NCBI GenBank assembly: GCA_023133275.1
Contig: JAGLWU010000020.1
Span: forward strand, 1 to 63,210
DNA length: 63,210 nt
Source: Candidatus Moraniibacteriota bacterium
GTDB taxonomy: Bacteria; Patescibacteriota; Minisyncoccia; Moranbacterales; GCA-2747515
Reading direction: 5' to 3'
This document shows, one piece after another, positions 27,753-37,046 of this stretch (position 1 is its first letter; each line of letters starts with the position of its first letter). The translations under genes were made by a program, and so were the position numbers. The notes under the pieces are model-generated. The model saw nothing but the letters and a program-made list of their open reading frames with translations, did not search any database and had not been told where the DNA came from.

Positions 27753-28250
27753 ATGGAGTATATTTTGATAATAATTGTAATTATATTATTTTTTAGTTTT
27801 AAAAGCTTACAGGAAAAAGTTAATAAAAATGAATTATTACTATCACATGTTGTTACTTCATTAAGCTATTATGAAAAATTCTTACTAAAAAATAATATTT
27901 TATCACAAACAGATATTCATAACGCAAGAAGAATTATTAAAAATAATTTAAGTGAAAAAGATTTTGAAAAATTAAAAAATCTTATTTTACTAACCGATGA
28001 AGATTATTCTGAACTTTTAGAAGTTGCTCTTGCTAATTCTAAAGCAAGAACCCTACAAAACAGTATAAAAGATGCCGTTTATTATAAAAATAATCGTGAT
28101 GTTAGAGAAATATTAAAAATAATTGAGAAGAATAATATTGAGAATGATTTATTAAAAGACGGCGAAGAAGATCATTTAAAACATCCCAGTGCTGATAGTT
28201 GGATAAATCACAAATATGGAAAAAATTACTTTTTTCCTGATAGTGAATAA
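27753..28250 (+). CDS. hypothetical protein with N-terminal TM helix
   Basis: 165-aa ORF with no motif recognised. Confidence 0.45.
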   Translation: MEYILIIIVIILFFSFKSLQEKVNKNELLLSHVVTSLSYYEKFLLKNNILSQTDIHNARRIIKNNLSEKDFEKLKNLILLTDEDYSELLEVALANSKARTLQNSIKDAVYYKNNRDVREILKIIEKNNIENDLLKDGEEDHLKHPSADSWINHKYGKNYFFPDSE

Positions 28251-28265
28251 AAAAATAAAACATCT

Positions 28266-28832
28266 CTATAAAGGAGATGTTTTACTTTTTAAAAATTCTT
28301 TAGAAAAAAACTTTCCTTTTTTAGTAAATTTTAATTTTTTATTCATGCCAAAAGAAAATCCCTCAGCATGGTCAAACTCTTCGATTTCACCTATTATTAT
28401 AATTTCATAAGCAATACAATAATCAATTATTTGTGAGCGATACTTATAATGTACTTCAAAATCAAAACAATCCCCATTAACCCATCGTATAATATTTTCA
28501 AATTGGTCAAAAAACTTTAAATATGTAAATTCTACAAAATCTCCCTCCCATTTTTCAGGATTATTTTTTGAAAATTTATCTTCTAGATCTTTCAATGTTT
28601 TTTTAAGTTCTTTAATTTGTTTTTTATAATAAAAATTGAAAATAATAGAGACACTTAAAATTAAAATGTTCAAAATTAAAATCCATAATTGAATGTCTGT
28701 ACTTTTATTCCAATCTAACTTTTTTATAAAATTATAAAAATCAGTAAAAATTAAAAGTGCTATTCCAACAATAATTCCACCACCAATAGTTATTATTAAA
28801 ACCGTTTTGTTTTTTATAAAAAATTCTTTCAT
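28266..28832 (-). CDS. hypothetical two-TM protein
   Basis: 188 aa, 11 nt downstream of the NYN gene on the same strand. Confidence 0.45.
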   Translation of the reverse strand: MKEFFIKNKTVLIITIGGGIIVGIALLIFTDFYNFIKKLDWNKSTDIQLWILILNILILSVSIIFNFYYKKQIKELKKTLKDLEDKFSKNNPEKWEGDFVEFTYLKFFDQFENIIRWVNGDCFDFEVHYKYRSQIIDYCIAYEIIIIGEIEEFDHAEGFSFGMNKKLKFTKKGKFFSKEFLKSKTSPL

Positions 28833-28843
28833 ATTTTTATTTT

Positions 28844-29341
28844 CTACCGAATCAAAAACTTTCCCTTATCATCTGACAAGTTCAAAAAATCATCCAGAGA
28901 CTCAATCAAACGCATGCTCGTCGATTCCCCAAAAGAAACACCCTCAACCCTACATCCAGTCGTTGCCTGCAAATACTCCACTAAAGGAATATAATCACCA
29001 TCACCAGACGCCAAAATAATCACATCTACATGTTTTGACAATTTAATTGCATCTACTGCCACCCCAACATCCCAATCACCTTTCTTCTGCCCACCTGGAA
29101 AAATCTGTAAATCTTTAGTTTTCACTTCGTAACCAGCTTTCTCCAAAGCATCAAAAAATTTATCTTCTGACGCTTCTTCAGTTGCAATGCCATAACCGAT
29201 TGAACGAATTAATTTTCGATTCCCCACAGATTCAGTCAACAAATTCTTATAATTCACCTTTTTTTTATACAAAACTTTCGCACTGTAATATAAATTTTGA
29301 ATGTCCACCAAAACGGCCACTCGTTGATCTTTATGTTTCAT
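28844..29341 (-). CDS. NYN-domain (LabA-like) protein
   Basis: RVAVLVDIQNLYYS, GDWDVGVAVDAI, VDVIILASGDGDYIPLVEYLQ. Confidence 0.8.
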   Translation of the reverse strand: MKHKDQRVAVLVDIQNLYYSAKVLYKKKVNYKNLLTESVGNRKLIRSIGYGIATEEASEDKFFDALEKAGYEVKTKDLQIFPGGQKKGDWDVGVAVDAIKLSKHVDVIILASGDGDYIPLVEYLQATTGCRVEGVSFGESTSMRLIESLDDFLNLSDDKGKFLIR

Positions 29342-29702
29342 AAACTTTTTATTTAAAAATTACTACTTTTATTTTATCACACATTTTGTTTTAGTAAAAA
29401 ATATTTTGGAAAAAACAAGGATTTAATGTGTTGAATAAAATTTATCGAAATTGTTATATTTTATTTTAATTTACTTTTATTGTATTTGCAAAGATGAAAA
29501 TTTTTTAAATTTATTTTTTTGAAAATGTTTAATGCAAGTTTATTTACAGACAAATTATTCAAAAATAAGGATTGACATTAAATTAGGTAAAGTTTATTCT
29601 TAATTATAATTGAGGAAAAGGTTGTGATAAAAATTTGAAAAATCTTTTTGAAAATTTTCATTTTAAATATAATAAAATGAAAATGCAAACTATTTTCAAA
29701 AA

Positions 29703-29720
29703 AAGCCCGTGCGGCGAGCA
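29703..29720 (+). repeat. GC-box repeat, exact
   Basis: AGCCCGTGCGGCGAGCAC, 25 nt upstream of the 29745 start codon. Confidence 0.9.
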
Positions 29721-29744
29721 CTTTTTTAATTATTAAAATATTTT

Positions 29745-30491
29745 ATGAAAGAACAGGATATTATTGAGCGGTTTCGGATTTGTCGTTATGGTAAATCGGA
29801 TTCTGTTGTCGTGGAGGGGATTCATGCTTTTAAACATGCGTATCGTTTTGGGGCGAAATTTGAAAATGTTTTTTGTTCGAATAAAAATAAAGTTATTTCT
29901 TTGACGGCGAAAATTGCGAGTGAGAGGGAGGCAAAAATTTTGAGTGATTTGATTGTGGAAGTGGATGGTGATTTTTTAGCGAAACTGTCTCCGCATCCGA
30001 TTCGAACTGAATTGATTTCTTTGGTGAAAAAACCTGAACAGAAAAAGATTACGGATTTAGATCAGGATAAACCGATTGTTTTTTTGGAAAATCCACATGA
30101 TACGAAGAATGTTGGAGCGACGGTTCGAGTGGCAGCGGCGTTTGGGGTGGCGGCTTTGTGTGTGAGTGGGGAAATTAATCCTTGGCATGCGGGTTGTGTT
30201 AAATCTGGTTCTGGTTTGCATTTTGCGATTCCGATTTTTAAAGTAAAAAGTCTTGAGGAAATTTCTTCAGGGCGAATGACAGTGGCTTGTGATGCGGATG
30301 GTGAAAATATGTATGAGACGGTTTTGCCGAAAAATTCTATTTTGGTTTTTGGGACGGAGCGGTATGGAATTACGGACGGGGTTAAGAAATCTGTGGATAA
30401 AATTATTTCGATTCCGATGATGGAGAATGTTTCGAGTTTGAATTTGGCGACTTCGGTTTCGGCTGTTTTGTTTGGAGCTAATTTTAGCTAG
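29745..30491 (+). CDS. TrmH/SpoU-family RNA 2'-O-methyltransferase
   Basis: FLENPHDTKNVGATVRVAAAFG, LVFGTERYGIT, ISIPMMENVSSLNLATSVSAVLF. Confidence 0.85.
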   Translation: MKEQDIIERFRICRYGKSDSVVVEGIHAFKHAYRFGAKFENVFCSNKNKVISLTAKIASEREAKILSDLIVEVDGDFLAKLSPHPIRTELISLVKKPEQKKITDLDQDKPIVFLENPHDTKNVGATVRVAAAFGVAALCVSGEINPWHAGCVKSGSGLHFAIPIFKVKSLEEISSGRMTVACDADGENMYETVLPKNSILVFGTERYGITDGVKKSVDKIISIPMMENVSSLNLATSVSAVLFGANFS

Positions 30492-30525
30492 TAGTTTGTA
30501 GAGAGTGGATTATTAGAAATCAGAT

Positions 30526-30553
30526 TTGACAAAAAGTAAGGTATGAGTATAAT
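30526..30553 (+). promoter_or_regulatory. consensus sigma70 promoter TTGACA-16-TATAAT
   Basis: TTGACA at 30526-30531 and TATAAT at 30548-30553. Confidence 0.55.
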
Positions 30554-30559
30554 GAAGGT

Positions 30560-30703
30560 GTTAATTTAAAATTTTTAAAAAGATGTTGAATTTTGTAAAA
30601 ACAATTTGTATTTCAAAGAAGTATTGGTTTGTCCTGATGGGACGAGGTCGGTTTGTTTTTGCAAGTAAACATAAGCCGATCTCAAATGAGATGCGGTTTT
30701 TTT
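30560..30703 (+). ncRNA. candidate small RNA (promoter to terminator, about 145 nt)
   Basis: Consensus promoter upstream. Terminator hairpin CCGATCTCA-aa-TGAGATGCGG (30676-30696) followed by TTTTTTT. An internal helix CGGTTTGTTT/AAACATAAGCCG is possible. The only ORF is 39 codons with no Shine-Dalgarno. Confidence 0.3.
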
Positions 30704-30862
30704 AGTTCTTTGAATAATTTAGTCTTTTCTTTTGTGATTTAGAATATTTAATTATTTTTGTAAGTTAATCTCTCTTTGTTTGAATTTTTTTGAATAAAGA
30801 GAAGTTAGCTTATGGATGAGCTGACATTTTTATAAAGTAATTTTTATTAGAGGATTAATAAT

Positions 30863-31018
30863 ATGAAGAAACAATCAGAATTTGCAGAAAATTGTGATAA
30901 AATCACTGAATTAAAGAAAAAAATAAAGAGAGTAGAGAATCCTGTTGAAAAAAATAAGCTTAAAATTGAATTGCATAGACTTGAAAGAAGTCAGAATAAA
31001 ATAACTGCCTTGGTTTAA
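30863..31018 (+). CDS. possible 51-aa coiled-coil small protein
   Basis: ATG preceded by AGAGGATTAATAAT. Encodes MKKQSEFAENCDKITELKKKIKRVENPVEKNKLKIELHRLERSQNKITALV. It is below the ORF-track cutoff. Confidence 0.3.
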   Translation: MKKQSEFAENCDKITELKKKIKRVENPVEKNKLKIELHRLERSQNKITALV

Positions 31019-31141
31019 TTTTCACGCTAGTCGTCGTGTAGTATTTGCGACGACTGGTGGGGAAAAGTAAAATTATTATTTTGCTTTTCCTTCTCATTTT
31101 CTTACTAATCTGTAAAGAAGATTGGTGAAAAAATTGAGAAT

Positions 31142-31173
31142 AAAAAACCGTTTCGGTAACGAAACGGTTTTTT
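31142..31173. terminator. bidirectional intrinsic terminator
   Basis: AAAAAACCGTTTCG-gtaa-CGAAACGGTTTTTT, immediately 3' of the minus-strand tRNA. Confidence 0.75.
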
Positions 31174-31196
31174 ATTATATCTAATCTATATCTATG

Positions 31197-31283
31197 CGGA
31201 GGCGGAGGGATTCGAACCCCCGGGACCCGTGAAGGCCCTTCGGTTTTCAAGACCGATGCATTCGACCACTCTGCCACGCCTCC
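31197..31283 (-). tRNA. tRNA-Ser (anticodon UGA)
   Basis: The reverse complement folds as follows. Acceptor GGAGGCG/CGCCTCC, anticodon stem TCGGT/ACCGA with loop CTTGAAA, long variable arm, T loop TTCGAAT. Confidence 0.9.
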
Positions 31284-31419
31284 TTTCATCACAATGCAAT
31301 AAAACTATCATAACAGTTAGTAACAATTTTGTAAATATGCTAAAATTAGATTATTAAATTAGACAGCTAGACTTTTAAACAAGCAGACTTGTAGATAGTT
31401 AGAAAATTAAAATAAAAAA

Positions 31420-32334
31420 ATGAAAATAGATTTGCGAAATAATATGTTGGATAAAACTCAAGAGGAAAAAAGTCAGAAAAAAACTGGATTATTCAACAGT
31501 CTTTTTGGTAGTAAAAAAAAGATTAAAAAGTTAAAATCAGGATCTCGAATAATTAAAAAAATAGAAGCACCTAAACAAATTGGGCAAGAAAATTTACAAA
31601 TAAATAACCAGTCAAAATCATCGGTTCAATTTGATGTTTCAAATAAATTTTCAGAATTAGAAAATAACATTTCAAAAATTAACGAAATTGGTATTGGAGA
31701 ATCAGAATTTCAACCAAAAAAAGAAACTGAGCAAAAGGAAAGAAAACAAGAAAAAATTATTGGAGAGAAAAATTTTGAGCAGAAAAAAAACTCTAAAAAT
31801 TCTATTGAACAGGATTATCAGCGAAATGTTAAATATTCTTATCAAGAAAGTGAATACATAAAAGAGTCGCCTGAAAAAGTGTTGATTAAGTGGCAGGGAC
31901 CAGATTATGAAATTTATCCGAAGAGTAAACGGTGGTATACGATTGCAGGATTTATTTTGGCTGGGTTGGTAGCTTATGCGGTTTTTAAGGACAGTCCTTT
32001 GACGGCGATTGTTTTTATTCTTATTGGGATTGTGGGGTATATGTATTTGGAGCGTGATCCTCAGTTGACTGATTTTGCGGTTAGTTATGATGGGATTGTG
32101 GTGGGGAACGAAATTTATGATTGGGATGATATTGTTTCTTTTTGGATTTTTTATGATCCGCCACATACTCGAGTGATTAGTTTGCACATGAAAGGGAAAT
32201 TGATGCCTTACATTCATATTCCTTTGCACCAGATTGATCCAGTTGAGGTTCGGGAAAAAATGATGGAATTTGTTCCAGAAATTAAACAGGAACAGGGAAT
32301 GGTGGATATTTTGGAGCGACTTTTACACATGTAA
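31420..32334 (+). CDS. hypothetical membrane protein (low-complexity N-terminus, two TM helices, bPH-like C-terminus)
   Basis: 304-aa ORF. Lys/Glu/Gln-rich N-terminal half, then WYTIAGFILAGLVAYAVF and AIVFILIGIVGYMYL helices. Confidence 0.5.
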   Translation: MKIDLRNNMLDKTQEEKSQKKTGLFNSLFGSKKKIKKLKSGSRIIKKIEAPKQIGQENLQINNQSKSSVQFDVSNKFSELENNISKINEIGIGESEFQPKKETEQKERKQEKIIGEKNFEQKKNSKNSIEQDYQRNVKYSYQESEYIKESPEKVLIKWQGPDYEIYPKSKRWYTIAGFILAGLVAYAVFKDSPLTAIVFILIGIVGYMYLERDPQLTDFAVSYDGIVVGNEIYDWDDIVSFWIFYDPPHTRVISLHMKGKLMPYIHIPLHQIDPVEVREKMMEFVPEIKQEQGMVDILERLLHM

Positions 32335-32340
32335 GGATAA

Positions 32341-32678
32341 ATTTTTAAACAATTAGACTTGTAGAAACGTAGCAATGCTACGTTTTGAATAGAGATTTAT
32401 AAATTAAAAATTTTCAAATAATACAGTTCGTCATTTTGTCTGTCATATCTGAACGGATTTATTTTTTCTTCAAAAAAATAAAGGAGTGAAGAATCTCGAT
32501 AAGTTTTTCTGGTATTTTAGTAATTTCAAAGTTTTGTGATTTTCCGCAGGGGATTCTTCACTGCATAAATTTATCTGCGATAAATTTATTACGTTCAAAA
32601 TGACAGCAAACTTGAATAACAAAAAATTTGAATGTTGAAATTTGTAGGGGTTTAAAATTTTAAATCCAAAAAGCCCGT
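32341..32678 (+). repeat. composite intergenic element, copy A2 (ends in a truncated GC box AGCCCGT)
   Basis: Collinear with 11961-12309. Includes the 163-bp palindromic unit at 32442-32604 and the reverse GTAG palindrome TGTAGGGGTTTAAAATTTTAAATCC. Confidence 0.85.
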
Positions 32679-32764
32679 ATTTGAAAATGTTTTGAAGATA
32701 TTAAAAAACCACCAATGAGAATTGGCGGTTTTTTATTTTATGAAACTCTTGCTTTTTATAGTTT

Positions 32765-33487
32765 TTATTCACATTCTTTTTCTTTGCACATTTCTTTTTC
32801 GTGTTTTAATTTTTCGTCAGCAACTTCTATTGTTCGATCAGCAAGAGTTCTTTTGGTGTATAAATTCATCAGAGAAAACATAACCATTGCGGCTAAAACT
32901 ATTCCGGCGATATTTATTAAAAACATAGCTAAAGCACTGGAAATTAAACTCATTTTAAAATGAGCGAGACCAATTCCGATGGTGGCTAGTGGTGGGACTA
33001 AAGTTATGGCAATGGCGGTTCCTGGCAAGGCTTCGTTTATGTCGGGTTTTACACGGGCGAAGGCGGTGGTTGCTCCAGCGATGACAGCAATTAATAAATA
33101 AACAATTGATGGGCTGGTTAGGAAATCTATTTGGGAATTGATGACATATTCTTTTCCTCCGCTTGTCCAAAGCAGCCAAGTTAAAATGAAAGATACTCCA
33201 ACACTAAAAACGATTGATTTTAGTAATACGTAAAATGATCGAGATATTAGTTTTCTGTCGTTCATGATTATTCCTAAGGCGAGAGACAAGACTGGTGAAA
33301 GTAGAGGAGCGATTAGCATTGAGGCGATGAGTACGGCGATGTTGTTGATTAGTAATCCGCAGGTTGCCATGGATACGGACATGATTACGAGGAAGAAGAA
33401 TGTTGGTCGTGGGGTTGAATCTTCGATTAGGTCTTTGATGGCTTCGATTTTGTTTTCTTCGTTTATGTTTTCGAATAGTAAACTCAT
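32765..33487 (-). CDS. DUF389-family integral membrane protein
   Basis: LIASMLIAPLLSPVLSLALGIIMND and multiple TM helices are typical of DUF389. Confidence 0.55.
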   Translation of the reverse strand: MSLLFENINEENKIEAIKDLIEDSTPRPTFFFLVIMSVSMATCGLLINNIAVLIASMLIAPLLSPVLSLALGIIMNDRKLISRSFYVLLKSIVFSVGVSFILTWLLWTSGGKEYVINSQIDFLTSPSIVYLLIAVIAGATTAFARVKPDINEALPGTAIAITLVPPLATIGIGLAHFKMSLISSALAMFLINIAGIVLAAMVMFSLMNLYTKRTLADRTIEVADEKLKHEKEMCKEKECE

Positions 33488-33689
33488 AATAATAGACTTT
33501 TAGATTGTTAGATTTGTAGAGATATTGTATTGTAATGTTTTTTTGAATTATAATTTTATTATAACATAAAGATTTTTGTTAGGAATTGGTTATTAAAATT
33601 TGTGGGGGCAGTGCCTTGTGCTTACTTATGCGGTGAATGAAAAGTTTTACGATGAGGGCGATTACGAGGGATCGCCCCTATTATTATAT

Positions 33690-33707
33690 AGCCCGTGCGG
33701 CGAGCAC
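33690..33707 (+). repeat. GC-box repeat, exact
   Basis: AGCCCGTGCGGCGAGCAC, preceded by the hairpin GGGCGATtacgaggATCGCCC. Confidence 0.9.
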
Positions 33708-34082
33708 TTTTTAAAGTATTAGAAAAATTTGTGATGTATTTATAGTGTCAGAAAAACTTATTGGGATTGCCACGTTTCTTCCTACAGTCGTTCCTCGCAA
33801 TGACGTGCTTATGCCAAAATTGACTTTTTTGCTTTAAAATGCGAGAATTAAAATAGTAATTTATTAATTAGAAAAATAGTTTTTTGGCTATGAAGATACA
33901 TATGCGTTTTGTTTTATTTTTTAATGAATGCGTATGTATATTTATAGCAACTTTGTTTAAAGTTTAAGATTCCGGATAAAATTTTCATTTTTCTATGAAA
34001 AACAAAAATTTTTCCGGAATGACAGAATTTTTTAAATTATTCAAAAAATAAAGTTAAACAAAAATTATTTTTCTTAACAAAT

Positions 34083-36209
34083 ATGATGGAACAAAAACAA
34101 TGGTCACTTGAGGTGGCAGGACGAGAACTTATTGTGGAAACAGGTAAGTTAGCAAAGCAAGCAGGTGGAGCAGTAACAGTACGTTATGGCGACACACAGA
34201 TTTTAGCAACAGCAGTGATGAGTAAACGTAAAGGTTTTACAATGGGATATTTTCCATTGATGGTTGATTATGAAGAGCGATATTATGCAGCAGGGAAAAT
34301 CAAAGGCTCACGTTTTATTAAACGAGAAGGGCGACCGAGTGATGAGGCGGTTTTGACTGGTCGAGCGGTTGACCGAACGATTCGTCCACTTTTCGACATG
34401 CGAATGCGAAATGAGGTTCAGGTTGTTATTTCTGTGCAATCAATTGATGGAGAAAATGATCCAGATATTATTTCAATTATTGCGGCTTCACTGGCACTTT
34501 CTATTTCTGATGTGCCGTGGAATGGTCCTGTGGCGGCAACGAAGGTTGCTTTGATTGACGGTGAATTGGTGATTAATCCTACGAGAGAACAAAGTGAAGA
34601 GACTTCATTGAGCCTTACTTTGGCGGGAACTGAAGGTAAAGTTAATATGATCGAGGCTGATGCTAAAGAATCTTTAGAGGAAGATGTTGTTCGAGCGTTT
34701 GAGGCTGGTCATGCTGAGATTGCGAAAATTGCTAAATTTATTAGTGATATTAAAGCTGAAGTTGGTAAAGAAAAACGAGAACCTATTTTATTGGTTGGAA
34801 GTGAAGAGACTGAAAATGCGATTAAAGAGTCTTTGATTGAAAATGGTTTGGAGAAGGCTTTGTACGGAAATAAGGAAGAGATTGAAAGTCAAACTTCTGA
34901 AGTTAAGGAAAAAGCGAAAGAACAGCTTTTGGAAAAATTGGCGGAAGAAGAATTATCAAATTTTGATGATGTTTTGGGATTGGTTTTTGATGAAGTTTGT
35001 GATGGAATTGTTCATAAAAATATTTTGGAAAGTGATAAGCGTCCAGATGATCGGAAGCCAGAAGAGATTCGTCAGATTACTTGTGATACTGGTATTTTGC
35101 CTCGACCGCATGGCTCAGGTTTGTTTACTCGAGGAGAAACTCAGGCTTTGACTGTTACAACTTTGGGAGCACCTGGTGATCATCAGATTATTGATACGAT
35201 GGAAGTTGATGAGAAAAAACATTATATTCATCATTATAATTTTCCTCCATTTTCTGTGGGAGAAGTTCGATTTATGCGAGGGCCAGGGCGACGAGAGATT
35301 GGGCACGGTGCTTTGGCTGAAAAGGCTTTGATGCCTGTTCTTCCTCCAACGGAAAAATTCCCGTATACTATTTTGTTAGTTTCTGAGATTTTGGAATCTA
35401 ATGGTTCGTCTTCAATGGCGGCGACTTGTGGTTCTACTTTGTCTTTGATGCATGCTGGTGTTCCGATTATTCGACCAGTGAGTGGTATTGCGATGGGTAT
35501 GATGAGTGATGCGTCTGGAAATTATAAGGTTCTTTCTGATATTCAAGGTGCTGAGGATCATTATGGTGATATGGATTTGAAAGTGGCTGGTACTGAAAAG
35601 GGTATTACTGCTTTGCAAATGGATGTGAAAATGGAAGGTATTGATGTTGAAATGTTTAAGGCGACTTTAAGTCAGGCGAAAGAAGGACGTGCTTATATTC
35701 TTGGTAAAATGTTAGAGGAAATTGCTGAGCCGAGTAAGGAAATGTCTCCTTATGCGCCTCGTATTATTACGATGTCAATTGATCCAGAAAAAATTCGAAC
35801 GGTGATTGGACCCGGCGGTAAAATGATTAATGAAATTATTGAAAAGACCGGTGTTAATATTGATATTGAGGATGATGGTTCTGTGTTTATTACTGCAGTT
35901 GAGGCTAAGGGCGGTGATGAGGCTCAGAAGATTATTTTTGATCTTACTCGTGAGATTGAGGCTGGTGAGACCTTTGAGGGAACTGTTGTTCGCTTAATGG
36001 ACTTTGGTGCTTTTGTTGAGGTTTTGCCTGGTAAGGATGGTCTTGTTCATATTAGTGAGATGGCTCATGAGCGGGTTGGTAAGGTTGAGGATGTGGTGAA
36101 GATTGGTGATAAGGTTAATGTTAAGGTTAAGGAGATTGATAGTCAGGGTAGGATTAATCTTTCGATGAAGGCTTTGATTGAGAGGAAAGTGGTTAAGAAA
36201 GAGGCTTAA
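34083..36209 (+). CDS. pnp: polyribonucleotide nucleotidyltransferase (PNPase)
   Basis: Two RNase PH domains (RPLFD, GETQAL, MDLKVAGT), a KH domain (GPGGKMINEI) and an S1 domain (GAFVEVLPGKDGLVHISE). Confidence 0.95.
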   Translation: MMEQKQWSLEVAGRELIVETGKLAKQAGGAVTVRYGDTQILATAVMSKRKGFTMGYFPLMVDYEERYYAAGKIKGSRFIKREGRPSDEAVLTGRAVDRTIRPLFDMRMRNEVQVVISVQSIDGENDPDIISIIAASLALSISDVPWNGPVAATKVALIDGELVINPTREQSEETSLSLTLAGTEGKVNMIEADAKESLEEDVVRAFEAGHAEIAKIAKFISDIKAEVGKEKREPILLVGSEETENAIKESLIENGLEKALYGNKEEIESQTSEVKEKAKEQLLEKLAEEELSNFDDVLGLVFDEVCDGIVHKNILESDKRPDDRKPEEIRQITCDTGILPRPHGSGLFTRGETQALTVTTLGAPGDHQIIDTMEVDEKKHYIHHYNFPPFSVGEVRFMRGPGRREIGHGALAEKALMPVLPPTEKFPYTILLVSEILESNGSSSMAATCGSTLSLMHAGVPIIRPVSGIAMGMMSDASGNYKVLSDIQGAEDHYGDMDLKVAGTEKGITALQMDVKMEGIDVEMFKATLSQAKEGRAYILGKMLEEIAEPSKEMSPYAPRIITMSIDPEKIRTVIGPGGKMINEIIEKTGVNIDIEDDGSVFITAVEAKGGDEAQKIIFDLTREIEAGETFEGTVVRLMDFGAFVEVLPGKDGLVHISEMAHERVGKVEDVVKIGDKVNVKVKEIDSQGRINLSMKALIERKVVKKEA

Positions 36210-36244
36210 GATTTTTTGTTAAACTTTAAGATTTTGGGAAAATT

Positions 36245-36278
36245 AAAAACACCTTGGCGGGAGCTGAGGTGTTTTTTT
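36245..36278. terminator. bidirectional intrinsic terminator
   Basis: AAAAACACCTtggcgggagctgAGGTGTTTTTTT between pnp and the convergent R-M cassette. Confidence 0.65.
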
Positions 36279-36291
36279 GATTTTAAATTGT

Positions 36292-37041
36292 TTATTTTAC
36301 ATTAAAGTCATTTGAAAATCCTTGATATTTTTTAAAGGATAATAGATAGAGACTTTCTAAAGTATTTTCAGAATATTCACGAAGTTCGTTTAGCACAGTA
36401 TTTGTTGATGTTCTATCATCTAATATATTTACTGCATCATTTATTATAATAGGTAGTTGTTCACATAATTTTTTAAATGCAAATTTATCTTCTGTTACAA
36501 TTTCATAAAATATATCAATTGAAATCCTTCTTATTTTTTCATTTGAAATCGATTCTCCATCAAGAGATATTTGCCATGGAATATTTTGACTATTTTTCGC
36601 AATTACTTCAACAAGAAAACATACTGCATTAGGTTTAGAATTAATCTTATGTTGCATTCGCATATATGTTTTTTGGGAAGATGATGAATTCATTGTGTTG
36701 TGTTTATTCTTCATTTCTACATAAATTTTTTCTTTCTCATTTATAATATCAAAGCCTTTTTTTGGGACATTCCAAAAATTGGTTATATATTTAAAAATAT
36801 TTTGATGAAAATAGCCGATAAGATTTGTGTTGCTTTTATCAATTTGTCTACTAACTTCGTTTTCAATTCTATCTTCAATATTTTCCTTATAAACTCTTGA
36901 ATCAAAGGTCATTTTGATTGGGTCTATTAAATTTTTATTAAAATCTTTTAAATCAATTGCAAATCTATACTTTTCCACAGTTTCTTTTACATGTTTTAAT
37001 ATATTTTCGTCTGATATAAAATCTAAATTATATTTGCTCAT
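36292..37041 (-). CDS. probable type II restriction endonuclease (partner of the adjacent C5-methyltransferase)
   Basis: 249-aa ORF, 5 nt downstream of the methyltransferase gene on the same strand, with no other recognisable family. The call rests on context. Any Eco47II-like affinity is only a guess. Confidence 0.45.
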   Translation of the reverse strand: MSKYNLDFISDENILKHVKETVEKYRFAIDLKDFNKNLIDPIKMTFDSRVYKENIEDRIENEVSRQIDKSNTNLIGYFHQNIFKYITNFWNVPKKGFDIINEKEKIYVEMKNKHNTMNSSSSQKTYMRMQHKINSKPNAVCFLVEVIAKNSQNIPWQISLDGESISNEKIRRISIDIFYEIVTEDKFAFKKLCEQLPIIINDAVNILDDRTSTNTVLNELREYSENTLESLYLLSFKKYQGFSNDFNVK

Positions 37042-37046
37042 ATTTT

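Noticed and set aside
30960-31292. 110-aa minus-strand ORF
   Set aside because: It contains tRNA-Ser(UGA) at 31197-31283 and a bidirectional terminator within it, so it is not a plausible gene.
31702-32229. 175-aa minus-strand ORF and similar antisense entries (10530-10901, 11393-11880, 26185-26578, 27024-27425, 32715-33179, 61891-62148)
   Set aside because: All are embedded antisense in, or out of frame with, longer ORFs that carry recognisable motifs. Their compositions are typical of non-coding frames.
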